From the NCBI GenBank assembly GCA_977030845.1, contig OZ365109.1:57040001-57104000 (forward strand): a stretch of DNA of 64,000 bases, given 5' to 3'. Position 1 is the stretch's first letter, and each line of letters opens with the position of its first letter. Shown one piece after another: positions 10,727-24,290 of this stretch. The notes under the pieces are model-generated. The model worked only from the letters and a program-made list of their open reading frames with translations. It was not told where the DNA came from and made no database searches. Source of the DNA: Fimbriosthenelais zetlandica (Eukaryota). A program made the translations under genes and the position numbers.

Positions 10727-13700
10727 GTTAGTCTTCCCAGTTCTCTCTATGCCATAGACCTTACACATGTAATGTTGTGTAGAGTCTACACTGGCTGAAT
10801 ATAACCTACCAAGTTATGTGTTATAGGAAGGTACGCCCCCCATTGTGTATTCTGTCCGGTAATCAGTCCTATATTGTCTAAGTATTTTGCTTTCCATGAA
10901 TATAGCAACTAGTGTTCTCATGTTCATGCTTATTTCACCCGTGTTAGGTATCATAAAGACATATGCTAATATCATTATCATAACATACATGTACTCTCTA
11001 TGAAATCCTCGTACCGGTACACAATCTATGTCATTCCCATTGAGAATTGTCTGTGTATGCCACAAGTGTCAACCTATGGAATAATTATGCACTTTCTCGC
11101 TGCCCATTCCAGTTAATACCTTAGGTTTCATAATGTTGAAAAATAACAGGTATAGAACCCAAGAAAGTACCTCACATACACTTTTGATATTTCTATTGTT
11201 AATTCACATGATGATATCTAACAATTACAACAATGAAGAGAATCAGTGTGCTTATCACAGTCTACTTTGCAATGTCATAAAAAGGAAGGCATAAAAACGT
11301 CAGATTGATGAAGGGACGAGTCTGATAAAACATGCATAATTTATCACATTCTAATATGCAAACCAGATGAGCAGCTCCCTATGAAGTGAAGCGCTCCTTC
11401 TGAGCATCCCCCATCACGCCCTAACATAACATGGTCACATCTCGTTAAGGTGACACTATTCCTTCCTCCCCTCTTCCATATTATTAACTTAGCATTTCAA
11501 AGAGGAACCAATCACTCCGGCTATTACCATTTCCATATATCTCTCAGGTAGAAGCCATTAGTCTTCGTTTTACCATTTTCGAGGGTCAAACAGCTCAACT
11601 TCTCTCGCAATTTGCCATATCAAGCTTATATAGTTATATGATGCTTACAAGGAGGATTCCATACACGGCCCAACGACACACCATCTCATTTCCCCCGTAG
11701 ACGCTCCTTTTTCTCTCCCAAATCGGATTTTGGAGATAATTGAACCGTACCGGGCTGTTTTGAAGTTAACAGTGCCTTAGTCGTATGAAGGCCTGGTAGC
11801 GGGGGAATGTATGGCTCGGTGGATGGGGCGAATCTGCAGCAGTCTCTCTCTGTGTCTTGGCCAGTGATTGATCTCGCACTTTGTTTTCACACAGATAATT
11901 AAGGCTTTTTTCAGGTAACAAAGATGACAGGGCGTGTTATTATAGCTAGATGGATCAATATCATCTCTCACGGCTAATGAAGCATGGAGCCATGATCTTT
12001 ATACTGCTATATGACGAGCGTCAGTATGCTCTGTAATGCCTGCTCCCCATAGACCCTGAAATAAGCATCCCTCCGACTTACATTATCCCATGAGTGGTAC
12101 CTTAGCGATAATAAGCCAGAGGGGGAGATAAGAACCGCCATCATGCGAGCCTCACATGACAAATGTGTGCATGTCAGACAGCATGAATGAAGCCATTGTC
12201 ATCCAGTCTTCTCCACTTCCATATTTTAACCTATTTGTCTTCATTCTGTTTCAATTGGCAATATGTTCTATCAAACCCATGCTACCTCCTCCCGCATTAG
12301 CTGGCACTAATACCTGTATTTCACTTCTTCCCACTCGTATCGCTCCTAAATATGGCTTATTGTGCGTTAAGCAGGATGAGTTTTTCACACACGCTGAGAA
12401 GTTCCGTAAGTGCGGATATTGTATTTGACCTGGCCATGGCTCATTTGGGGTTAAATCAGAGCAATATGAAGATATTGGTTTCATTCATTCTCCCACCTAA
12501 GCTTGCGGTCGGTGATGCTTTGAATGCGGTGGCATCCCAATCTACTGTCTCCCCCAACGTGCTGCCCTCTCTCTTACCTTTATATATGCCCTCCACTCCT
12601 GGACACCACCACTGGCAGTGATGACCGCACTCTGGGCCATTGATAATAGACCTACACACGCATATGATTTGGCTAAAAGCACTTGCTGATAACGTGAACT
12701 AAAAGACGATCAATTTGGCACAGCAGCTGGATCATCTCTCTAATTAAATGCTCTTTTTCCCCCATCCAGTGCTGAGTCTATGAAAAGGCGTTTGACGCTG
12801 GAGGGCCGGTGTGTGCAGTCATGCGTCGAGGCTCCACGCCAAGCTGTGCCCAAAATTGCTTGGCCATTCAGCGGCTGTTCAGCCTCTGGCTGAAGCGGGC
12901 CACATGGAGCTTAATAAAGAATAACATAGAGACAATACTGTCCTCTCGTGCTCTACCATGGCACAATATGCAATATGTTGTATGGTGGAGTACAATAGAC
13001 TAGATTTATCACGCGATCAATAAGGTTTATGGTTAAAAGTTCTCCAGGCTGTTAAATTTCAGCAGTCTACTTTTAGAGAAAAATGTTCAGAGATGAATTT
13101 TGAGACCATTTGTTTATCCTTGGCATTCTTCATTACCATAGGTTATATATATGAATACAAGGATTTAACTTGTGAAGCCTACATAATTATTTAATTTAAA
13201 ACCCAGCAGTGAATGTTTTTACCCCATATATATATATTGTTGCAATGCATTTGCTGGAAAATTTCTCATAATAGATCGGATCACTGACCCAGGCAATAAA
13301 TCGGTTGGAAATTAGCCCTTTGTGGGAACCTAACCTCTTTGCTTCTAATCCGAATAAAACCAACCAGTGGGAGGATGGGAGGGGGAATAGTGTGGGAATA
13401 ACTTGCCAATATACTCCCTGAGATGGACCAGCTGTTGTCTTAAGTGGACTCAGTATATGGATCCCTTAATGATTAAGTTGCTGGATATATTTACCACCAA
13501 TGTTTAGGTGTACAATAAGGCCTACAGGTGGAAAGAATAGGCGCCATATGGCCAGGGATAATGAATATGGCCATTTGTTGGTTCGTTTCTCTATACCCCA
13601 CTGATAACACTGTCACCTCCATTATCTGCTATGTGTTCCATGCTCTTGGTTGTGTGTGTACAGAAGTGAAACACTAGGATGTAGAGTGACCCTGTTGGAG

Positions 13701-14050
13701 GAACTGCCTTCCCGATTAGCTCGCTGCTAGATCATATCACTCGGAGTTGGTTGGCTTAACAGTCTATAGCCACTTCACAAGGCTGGCTATTATGAAGTGA
13801 AGGGGCTTCCTCTATATTGGCCTGCCAAATGAACGCAACTCTGTTTTCATACAATTATGGCAGTGGGTATATATAGCCATCACCACCCCTTATAAGATGT
13901 CCTTGTATGTGGAACATTTTCTATTGGAAACATTTCTTCTCGGAAATAATGTGTTTTCCATCTTTTTTGGGATCACCAAAATATGTTAAGAAAAGGCAAA
14001 ACATATATATTATTACAAACTTTCTCTAAGATTGAAAGATATCCCATGTC

Positions 14051-14083
14051 TTATGTATACATGGACAGTGCATGTATACATAA
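14051..14083. repeat. Perfect short inverted repeat (13-bp arms, 7-nt loop)
   Basis: TTATGTATACATG-GACAGTG-CATGTATACATAA, read directly. Confidence 0.9.
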
Positions 14084-14700
14084 AGGGTCGTCTATATTGG
14101 AGAAGAGACCTTTAGTGGGCTATACATTCCACAATAAGATAAGTGATAGCTTCTAGCTTTGCTCAGAAGTAATGTCACCCAGTCATGTAGAACCAATATC
14201 ACTATGTGCTTTTACCATTGTCCAGGCTGAGCGATGAGTTTTGTTCAATGCCTGTACTAAATACAGGAGAGCAATATGGCTGCTCCGGCATAAATAGTTT
14301 GCGGATCATTTACCGATTTAGTTCTCTTTAGATGCATACAATCTCTTGCAACTAATAACATTAAAACGCTACGTTTTCAACATTTTACATGGTAAGTTCG
14401 AAAAAGTTCAGTTGCAAAAAAGCATCCTTCGGTGTTCTCCAGATCCATTTTCTAGACTGGCACTTTTTTCTTTCCGGACGGAGATAATAACAATCTTTCT
14501 TTGCACCAAATCCCATTATCTCATCGTATTGGATGATGAATGATCAGTGAGTGGCCCTGCTGTAAACTCGCCTATCATTCTGCTATAGAGTGTTACATTG
14601 CTTATTTCGCTATAGATAATGCAGATGCGCACACATTAGACCTTTATATAAGAGAGGAATCAGACACTGAATGACCTTGGATTTGACCTTGTGATCTTCT

Positions 14701-14718
14701 TGCTGCCCCCTAGCGGAC
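14701..14718 (-). promoter_or_regulatory. CTCF-like binding motif
   Basis: The - strand reads GTCCGCTAGGGGGCAGCA, which matches the bilaterian CTCF core CC(A/G)(C/G)(C/T)AG(A/G)(G/T)GGC(A/G)(G/C). Confidence 0.5.
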
Positions 14719-17700
14719 GTGGCTGACATTGGCGGCTGGCAGAGTAAGGGTCACCATGTCAGAGGAAGCAAGGCCTGGCCCTAATGGCGCAAGGACATGC
14801 GAAATGTGCATTAAGACAAAACACTCACAGCCTTCCGCAGCAACCTACCCGCCTAATCGGCCCCTTATTCCTCTCCCTAGGCTCATCTATAACCCAATCA
14901 CAATGGAATTATTTGAATAACAATGGGAACACTGATTGGAAAAGTGTCTACTTGGGATTTGGTAAATACACCTTCCCCGGCACCAGTGTAGAATCGATGT
15001 TTACTGTGGGAAGAATTGCGTGGGGGTGTGCTTCCCCCTGTCTAAAATCTAACACACATTACTGGCTGGAGCAGTGTAAATAAATGGAAATGGATAGGCC
15101 TTCAAAACATTTCTGAACAATTCCAAGAAAGCTTATAGGGACCAGTTTAATTAAGTAATGTGAAATGATTTGAATGTGGATATGGGCCTGAACATCCAAC
15201 TTGATTGACACTATGATATATTATAAACTGAATCCAAAACATTGAATTGAAATTTGATATTGCTGCTCAGGTGCGCCAGCCATGTTTCTTACACGACTTT
15301 TCTATTGGATGAGGACCATGTTTTATTCAAGGCTCAAACATCATTGCTGCTGTCTCTATGCAGAACAGCGTCTTCCATTTCCCTTTGCGTAATGATTTAA
15401 ACCAACACTGTTCTTTACTCTCCTTACATTTCCACGTCTTCTATTCTTCTCCCACCAGCGTCGATATTCAACCATTCCCATGGCGGCGCCCTTTCCGGAA
15501 GCAGTCGGCAGGTCAGAGGTCAGTGGGCGTGGCCTGGCCTGGAAGGCCCGATCAAAGCATAGGACTGTGTTTTGTTGTGTGCAACATTGCGATCACCTGA
15601 GGGCATCGTGTCGCAATTACAGCCGTGGTTGCTCACACCACATTAACTGGCATTTAAAGACATGTGGACGGAAGCCTTGCCTCTGTCCGGCTGGGGTCAG
15701 ACCCCAGCTCTGCCTTGTCTCCAGCTGACATAAGGTCGAGCAGAGACCGGAAAGAGAAATGTGTAATTTGGGAGGTAGTGAGCGGGCAGGTCTAATGCCC
15801 TTCTCTTGTCTTGCTTTAACTGCCATGTTGTACAGCAGACTTTTATCTCAGATATCTTCTCTTTGTGCTATGCTTTCTCACTCTTATACTCTGTATGCTT
15901 GAATGGAAATGCCCCCTCTTTTCAAAAGAGATGTTGCTCGTGTCGATAAAGACGTGATAGAACATGGCTGAAACTATCCCATCATGGTATAGGACATGGT
16001 CCAAGGTAAAGCAAGCAAATGAGGTGCAGTAGCTGTGAATCGAGATGTTTTAAAAAATACCCTTAAATCATTCCTATGTACATGTATTACACATTACTCT
16101 CCTGAGTCATGTCTTTACCTCTTGCCAATAGCTTCCCTGGTCACATTTGTCTTGCTCTATTTGAAGCATTCCCCGCATGATCTTTAGGTAAAAACAGGTT
16201 ATTTATATTAAAATATACGATATAATAAGCAATGAGCTGATTGTGATATCCTTGGTGGGTGGGTGTAGGCACCTATATACATCTGGTGGAATTGGCCAGG
16301 CTAAGACAGGCTCAGTATGATTATATGTGGTGGCGTTTTTCATGTAGAATAAGTACCTAAATGATCAGACTTTAAAGTGGGCCGGAAGCAGGCAAATCCA
16401 GCTAACCGTTTCTAGCCTCACTTAGAGAAGAGCGTATCAAACGAGGCTCACAGATGCTTCCTGTTCTGTTCAATCCCATAATGCCCTCCTCTGATATGTA
16501 TGCTTCAATGGGCGCAGCGCAACTAGTCACCCAGAATGCATCGGATGCAGAGTGCACTTCCTGCGACGCCCATGGACTGGAGTGAGTGAACCCCACAGCT
16601 GGCCCTTGTCAGCGTCAGTTGTACGCGGGTAAAAATGGTCTATTTTTAATCAAATGACCTCAGCTACATTAGTCGAAGGTCGGAACTTTCATCCTCTGAT
16701 TACACCCTTGTGGCTAACATTGTGGAAGCTCAGAGAAGAGCGAGAGGCTTGGCTTAGCTTTGACGTAGGAAAAAAAGATGGAGTAGACAGCATTGATATG
16801 AACCTAGATTACTCGGCATCAATGATTTATTTATACACTACTCGAATCAGAATTAAAAATAAATATTGTTGCAATGATTTCAAGTGCCACTTGAAATATA
16901 TCTGATTGTATTGATTGTTATTGTACATCTACTGGCTCCCTGTACATGTAGCCTACCCACATATGATTGTACACATATGCTATCCGAATGTTGACGTGCT
17001 TTCAATATGTCTGTCGTACAGTGAAGCTGCAAGTTCTTCATTTAAGGCTTTAGATTGATATAATCTTTGCACTGTTGCGAAAGCTTTTGAATGGGTAATG
17101 CACAATGGGGATATATGTAGCCTTATACCAATAAAACAAATACATGTAGGAGGGTTATATATATATGGCGGTCATAGCAGCCATATGAAATAGTAGAAGG
17201 CGTTAAGCCATATTTACCGGGCACTGTCCTATTTGACAAGCTCTTGCTTGCGCTTCTATAGAGATATCAGACAAATATTTAGATAGCTTCCTATCGCTTT
17301 ATCGCCATTCCTCACAATTTACTGGTCTTTATTTCCATAATTGAAGACAGGGCGAGCTGTTGGTGAGGCCTGAAAAAAGGGACGAGATGGAGCGCCATGG
17401 CAATACCCAATGCTTGGTGCGTTGATAACAGCTTTGAATTTCTCCTTTTTACAATAACCACCCCCTGTGAATGAAGCATCCTTGTGGAAGAGGGAGAATT
17501 CTGAAATTGAGTAATGTGTTGGAAGTCTTGTTACCTTTTTATGAACCATCATTTTCGGAAGGGTTCAAAGAAGACGACCTTTGTAGGTGGTTTTGAACAT
17601 TTATGTTGTCGGTGTGTAGACATAGAAACTTGCCTCTTGCCCGAGGTCCCTGAATAATGAAGACGGGAAGCGTAGAGGACGCAACCATAAACCCTCCTCA

Positions 17701-20700
17701 CCATAGAAAAGGAGACTTCCTTCACCCCCTCCACTCACTTCACATTATCTATACCCGGCAACATTCATATCTTCTATTCACCTCTCGTTTGGATCTCTCC
17801 GACGCTCTCTTTCTTACTAGCGTCAGGTATAAATCTCAATGAATCCCCCAAAAAATACGTGAAAATGGAATGATTACAGTTACAATTGTGCCATGTAGTT
17901 TCTGAAGAAAGTGCAGAAATAGTAAATAAATGTTTTGTAAGGTTTGTAAGGTTGAAGGGTCGTGTCCAGTGAGGTAATCATGTCGATTGATCTTCTTACT
18001 TGATTGATTGATGATCTTGCAATCTGGGATGGAATGAGGCGAGGATGGAATGATGAAGGCCGGAGCCAGATATGAAATGATAGACGCTGCATGTAAGAAA
18101 GGAATTAAAGGCTGGGAGGTGGAGGCAAGCTTGTGCTTCCATCACGAACAGCAGGGCAGCTAGTTAAACCACTGTTGGGAGTTAGTATACTAAAACGTTG
18201 CATTGACCCAACTCTGATCTTTCGTGCCGTGGCATGATCTTTACGTTTTAGCCCGCTGATCTTGCATGCAGCTGAATTGTCACTACTGCTTATTTTATTG
18301 CGGTCCCCAATTAAAAACCAACCCTTGTCTCTTGAAGGGAGACATGTTACGGAAAGGGCACTCCGGAGCCAAGTTGTAGTGATGGGAGGGGGTGGAAGGG
18401 CCACCCAAGGGAAATAAGATGATGGGTATGGGGACTGAGCTTGCATTGTTGCAATGACTCGCAAATATTGCAAGCGAAATTATGGTTATGTAAAAGTGTA
18501 CTGGAGTCAGCAACATGCAATCTGTGGCAGGCATATTCCAGCAGGGACCATTAACTAATGTGTTATAGTCATTTTGACTTAGACACGGCCATGCATTCCA
18601 TGTAATCAGGTTAGATTTGAGGAAATAAACACGGGGTGTAGAAAGAACGACCTCCATCAATATGCCTACCCATTCTTAAAGAACCCATTTCAAGCCATTT
18701 TCAGTTCTTGGCTTGAGAGCTGAATGCATGATAAAAATTGAACTGACGGCCATTGAATGGCGTCTGTCATTTGATTTACTCCGAGGTTGTGGGTGTGTTG
18801 AGGCTGGTTGAACCTGGTATGATGTATTACCTAGTGGTGGTAGTTAGGTGTACAGATGTGAGTGAATGGTTGATGTAGGCTGTACACCTCCTAGAGTAAC
18901 CAACAATAGATGGAGCTCGGGTACCATCGCTCATCCAGACTGTTGGTAACCTTAGCTGTAACATTCATACCATCCGTGTGTTCGCTGAAGGCCTGTCTTC
19001 CACCCGAGCATAGTCTAAATATCAACCCAAGGCTTCATATTTACTCTTATGTAACTCAAACATCCTTTATTAACACTGCTATGTCTGTGTATACATATGA
19101 GACATCAGATATTCATTCTCTTGTGTTTACAAGAGAACAGACCTGAGTAGCACATGATATCCTGATGTGATGCGACTCAAATAGATCAAAAATAATTGGT
19201 AGCTCGATATAGTTCACATTGGCCCGTATATCAGGTGGTCTGGCCATTATGGTTCGTATTCATCGATTTACAAGCTCGGGAAGATGGTCTATCCACTGCA
19301 GATGTATAGCAATATGCCTCCCAATTACATTTCGCTGGAGACAGTGTAGATGCCTGGGGAATGGAAACCTCCTGTTCTAAAACCTTAACACTCGATTCCT
19401 ATCAGATATGTATATGTCCCTAGCTAGTGATAAAAAATAAGGAGGAGCACTTTGGAACAAAGGATATTTTATCAAATGATTCCTTCCACCCAGGAGCATA
19501 CTTGACATTGTATGGTGTCACTGAGTACGCTAATCATTCCTCTTATAAGAAGATATCCCTGGTGTGCAAGGCTTTTACCCAGCTCTGAAGCGGCACATAG
19601 TGAGGCCCTTAGGCCTTCAAGCATGCTTTCCACACGCTGACTCGGATCGTGTTTAGTGTAACTTTTAGGACCTGCCTACATCACAAAGGCCTGATGGTAG
19701 TTTATCTTTCCCTCCGAAGCCCTGATTCATGCATGCATAAAGGCAGAGACTTGGTAATGATATGGTTCATGATATTCTAGAGACTGGTGGATGCAAGTCG
19801 GCCATAATTGAGGCTTGCATTCTAGGTAGTCATTACCTAAATGTGTAACAACATAAAGGCTCACGGGTGATTTCTCTCTCAAAACGAGTGCAGCTCGAGT
19901 GTGGGCGGGTGACAATTGGGAGGAGGGATGGTAGAATGATTTTGAGGATCAGCCGTATCGAGTCTGAACTGTTATGTGGTTGAGCTACTCTTTGCACTGT
20001 CAGCAGTAGGATAGAGCACCTCTCTGCCTGTTTGTCCCTTGCCCGTATCCAACTCTGAAGAGGCCCACAAGCAGATTCATCTGCAGTGAGCAGTCATCGA
20101 GAAGGGGTGCAACCCAGGCTCTACCTCGGTAACTCTATCATGGTATTGATTGAACAAACAGCACAGTCAGCTTGTCATTATTGCGAGCTGGGCGGTTTGG
20201 TTTTCAAGGAGTCTGGCATGTATTGTGTGCCATTGTTGGTGGTGGCAGTAACTCTAGCCTTTGGTCAGACGTGAAGAATAGTGCCTCGGGTGGCTAACCC
20301 ATGCCTGGGATGCATGGAGAACTATCGGTCAGTTACGTAATGTTCCATTGAGACTGTCAGCTGTGAGTAATGTAACGGCAGACAACTTGTGACAACGCTG
20401 GAGATCAATACTGCCCAGTTACGCCATATCTCATGTTGTCGTAATGCGTGGGGTGTCACATGGTGGCCGACATATCGGCCCGTTATCCTCCGACCCATCT
20501 CAGCCTACTCCTCCAGTCTCCTCCTACTCCTCTTCCTCCCCCTATGACATCTCCCTCAAGCTGAATGCAGGCCTATTCATGACCAAGTCAGTTACCATTA
20601 ATCAACTGGCAAACACACTTTTAATATGCCCATTGCTGTAAAGATATCCCGGCCAGTACAATGGGCAGTAATGACTGCCAACATTTGAATGACACCTTTC

Positions 20701-23700
20701 AGGCCCATTAGAAACAACCATTCGTCTTGTGAGTGTAATTGGTGCTTGAATGTTGACGAGTTCACATTCCCTTAACTGCCTGCATTTCTTCCTGCCAATG
20801 CTGCGTCATCGGGAGGAGAATTGGGGGAGGGGGACATGTAGGGAGAGCGGGAGGCTTCTGTAGGAACTAGAGACTGATCCATCAATATTCCCGAATTTAA
20901 CAGGAAGACTCATCAATTCTTGTTGCTCCCGCGATCACAGGAAATCCTCCAAAAGTACTCAAGAGGGAGGTCTTTGTAAGGCTGAGACGGTCTACACAAC
21001 CATACATCCAACCTGACAGCTTGCCTGGCTATCACGAACTAAATTCACTGAATATCATCCGTCACCATTGCCTTTAAACATCAGTCCAAGCGATTCCGAT
21101 TTAATTGGAGACCCCTTTCAAACATAACTTGGCCATCATTTATCAAGAGAACATGTATAAGGGCGATTCAAGATCAATCTTTACATGATTGCAAAAAGTG
21201 GCTTCAAAAACCCAATGTGGCTTCCGATGTGGCTTTCATTGATGGCTTCCCAGCTTATGTGTCGCTTAAAACCTTTATCTCCCCTTCCACGAAGCTCCCT
21301 TCCAGCGAGTTTCCTATACTCGATAAGAAAGTATTTTAATCAAAGCTTTGGCTTAAAAAACGAAGGAAGCAAACATTGACAGCCACTCTATCCTACATGC
21401 GGGGTAACATATCCCAACCTGCCAAGTATTGATTCAGTGTCTTCAGTTATTGTTTCCCATTTTTCGAAGAAGCAATATTACTTTTGATGTTTTCTGATAG
21501 ACACCACCAGGGAGGGAGAAAAAAGAAAATCAAGCGAGAAAAAGAGGAGTAGGAGGATGTGTGGACCTGCCATTTGCCAGAATTTGTGAGGAGATTGAAC
21601 ACAGTGAATGGAGCTGGATTCTGGAATTCCTTCACAAGACAATCAGGCGGCAGGGTCCATGCTGGGGATGACCGTGGTTAGGAGTTGCTCAGCCAGGCCA
21701 ATTTACCCCTGCTGCCTTTCACCCGGGGAGAGACGTCTGTGTTTAATCCAGACTTCAATAGGATATTGGGTGTTGATGCAACACAGAGTCTTAATATTAA
21801 ACTGCTCCTCACATCTTGTGTGAACTCGAGTGAAATCACGTCGATGAGCAGGGAGGCTGCGTCCCTCTCGCCTCTCCAAGGCGTACCAAGAAAATCCATA
21901 CTTTTTGAAGTGGCAATTAGGCCCGGATAAAAACTAGTGAAATATTAATCAATCTGTGCAGCATTAAGACCTGAGAACGGGCATTTTATCAGAAGGGGCG
22001 AATTGTTTTTGTCGTTGGAGGAGAATAAGGGGAAAGCAACAGAAATGATTGTTCGGGTACTCGGGTGCATTTCACATATTGAGTTGCTCCTTTGGTTAGG
22101 ATTAAAGTAGCTCTGGTGTTTAACTACACGCGCCTACATGCCTACATCCTAGTCTACCACAGACCGATCAATAATAAACTAAAAACACACCTTTCATAGA
22201 AATGCGCCGAATCTACTTCTAACAACAGAAAGTACAGTTGTCCAAAAAAGGAACATGGACATGTTATTCGATATAGCAGAAAGCAAGCGGGATATTGATT
22301 TATAATGGTATGAAGTGAACTTCGTGGCGCAAATGGAAGAGAAGCACATGTCTGTGGTTTTTGTCCCATCACATTAATTTATTACAAGAATGTGACTATA
22401 TCGACCAGAGTGGTTTTAAGTTGAGTAAGCCATTGATGACATTATTAATTTAATTACATAAGATAAGGCACTGTATGGTGCCTTGAGCATTAATTTCTTC
22501 CTGAAATAAAAAAAAGTTCCTCTTTCCCTCATACCACCAGCTTTGCTGGAGTATGTCTATAGCCAAGGTCTTTTGATTCACAGTTGTGAGTGAGTTTGAA
22601 CTCGTGTTTTAGCTTACGCGTGATGTGCCCAGTACGATCCCACTTAAGTTGTCAAATCGTTTATCTCTTCGGACGAGCTAAGCCTGCTTATGTTAATGCT
22701 TAAGTGGATGTTTAATTCCTTTTTGCACGCCGAGATCCAAGGCAAGTAGCCGGTCGTTGAAAATGTCCTTATCAATTTGGGGATGATCCATTGTCAAGGG
22801 ATAAGCTGGAGTGTAAATCCCAGCTCTAAGAACCTCACTTTATCACCCATGACTTATCAGAAGTGCTCCCTCGTGTGTTGCAAGCCTCTGCTGGGAGTCT
22901 GGAAGGACTTATTGTCCGCGCCCACTTTTCCTACCTCTTAGCTTCGATTGCGAGGTCTTAATGTCATAAATGCAGTGTTAATGCCTCTAATCTCTGTATC
23001 CCACTCTTAACCCTCTAAGTACACATGCTTGGGGGATTGGACTTGCCGGGTAAAAAGCTTGCATGCATTTTTAAACAGGAATTTCAATTCAGTTCCACTA
23101 GGTCTTAGAGCTAGGATCTGGTGGTGGTGCTCAGTGCTGAGTGGTTATCACTGAATAAACCTCACACTCACTTTACTCTCACAAAACCTGGAACATGTTT
23201 AAGTGCTTGTTTAAGAACGTATTTATTTATCAGTACAACCTAAAATTTTAACCTCGATTCTCCCATGTTCTGAGTGTATACTTTCATTTTCCCCCTCTAC
23301 AGCATTAAGTATCCCATCTATCCTTGCCTATTTGTCCTTGATTTTCTATGAATTCAGAATTGCAAGTTTTTACATATTCCTCTATATTTCGCTACATAGT
23401 TTTCTATAATTATGGCAAACAAGAACTGTTTCCTTTGTGTTTTCTCAAAAGACAAGTGATTTCACTTTTTGGTGTGAAAATGTTGATCTTTTTCAGCTAA
23501 GGATTTTGAGCAACCAACCAAGTGAATGAGTCTATTCCGGAAATAACACTTTATGTTCTCACTTCTACCGTCATTTATGATCTGTGGCCTTTCATGGTCT
23601 CCCAATTGTTACGCTTCTTTCCCCCCATTCTTCCTTTATCTTTTCCTTTTTCCTCTCCCAAAGCGTCTAATGCTGCCAGGCCTTTGCCTTTGATTCCCCT

Positions 23701-24189
23701 GTGCTATCTATCGTGTGAAAATATTTTACACAACCGTCGGAATGGCTAATTACCATAGCCCCAGTCCATTATGAGTTATTGATTAACTACACATGGTAAA
23801 TAAAGTGGCTTCTGATTTTCCCCTTGTGTGGCAGAGCCACCTTTCATCTAACAATTATTTGTGGCCACTGCTTTCATGAATCACAATCAGAGGAGAGGTG
23901 CTGTTCTGGCCTGCCTCTTCCCCATTATTGTAGCTGTGAGCTTTGTGAACCTTCTATGATGTGCAACTAGTGGCTCCAGTGCTTCTTGCCCACAGCCAAG
24001 TGAGGTGCAGCTAATGTCTTCTCTCCCACCCTCAATATACCATCACTTTCACCCCATAAATGTACCTCCCCATCTCCCCACACCTTCCTATTCTCTCATC
24101 TTTCTCTTCTCTTTCTTAACCCCACCCCCTCCCTCTCATTCCCCATCCGCAATATACTACTTCTATGCACCTCATTTTTCCCCCAAACC

Positions 24190-24290
24190 ATCTCTCTCTC
24201 TCTCTCTCTCTCTCTCCCCCTCTCTCTCCCCCTCTCTCTCCCCCCCCTCTCCCTCTCCCTGCCCTCCCCCCTCTCTCTCCGTATCTCTCC
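24190..24290. repeat. (CT)n / C-rich polypyrimidine microsatellite
   Basis: CATCTCTCTCTCTCTCTCTCTCTCTCCCCCTCTCTCTCCCCCTCTCTCTCCCCCCCC..., read directly. It explains the low-complexity ORFs at 24005-24385. Confidence 0.92.

Noticed and set aside
11305-11331. TTGATGAAGGGACGAGTCTGATAAAAC, resembling a hammerhead or Penelope CTGATGA...GAAA core
   Set aside because: Both conserved boxes are mutated and the flanking stems do not form.
14332-14391. 60-nt phase-1/phase-1 exon candidate that could follow REJ exon 3 (DAYNLLQLITLKRYVFNILH)
   Set aside because: Phase and splice sites fit, but the peptide does not resemble the expected REJ continuation. It needs RNA evidence.
23007-23024. TTAA|CCCTCTAAGTAC, a piggyBac-like end
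   Set aside because: No convincing partner TIR in the window.
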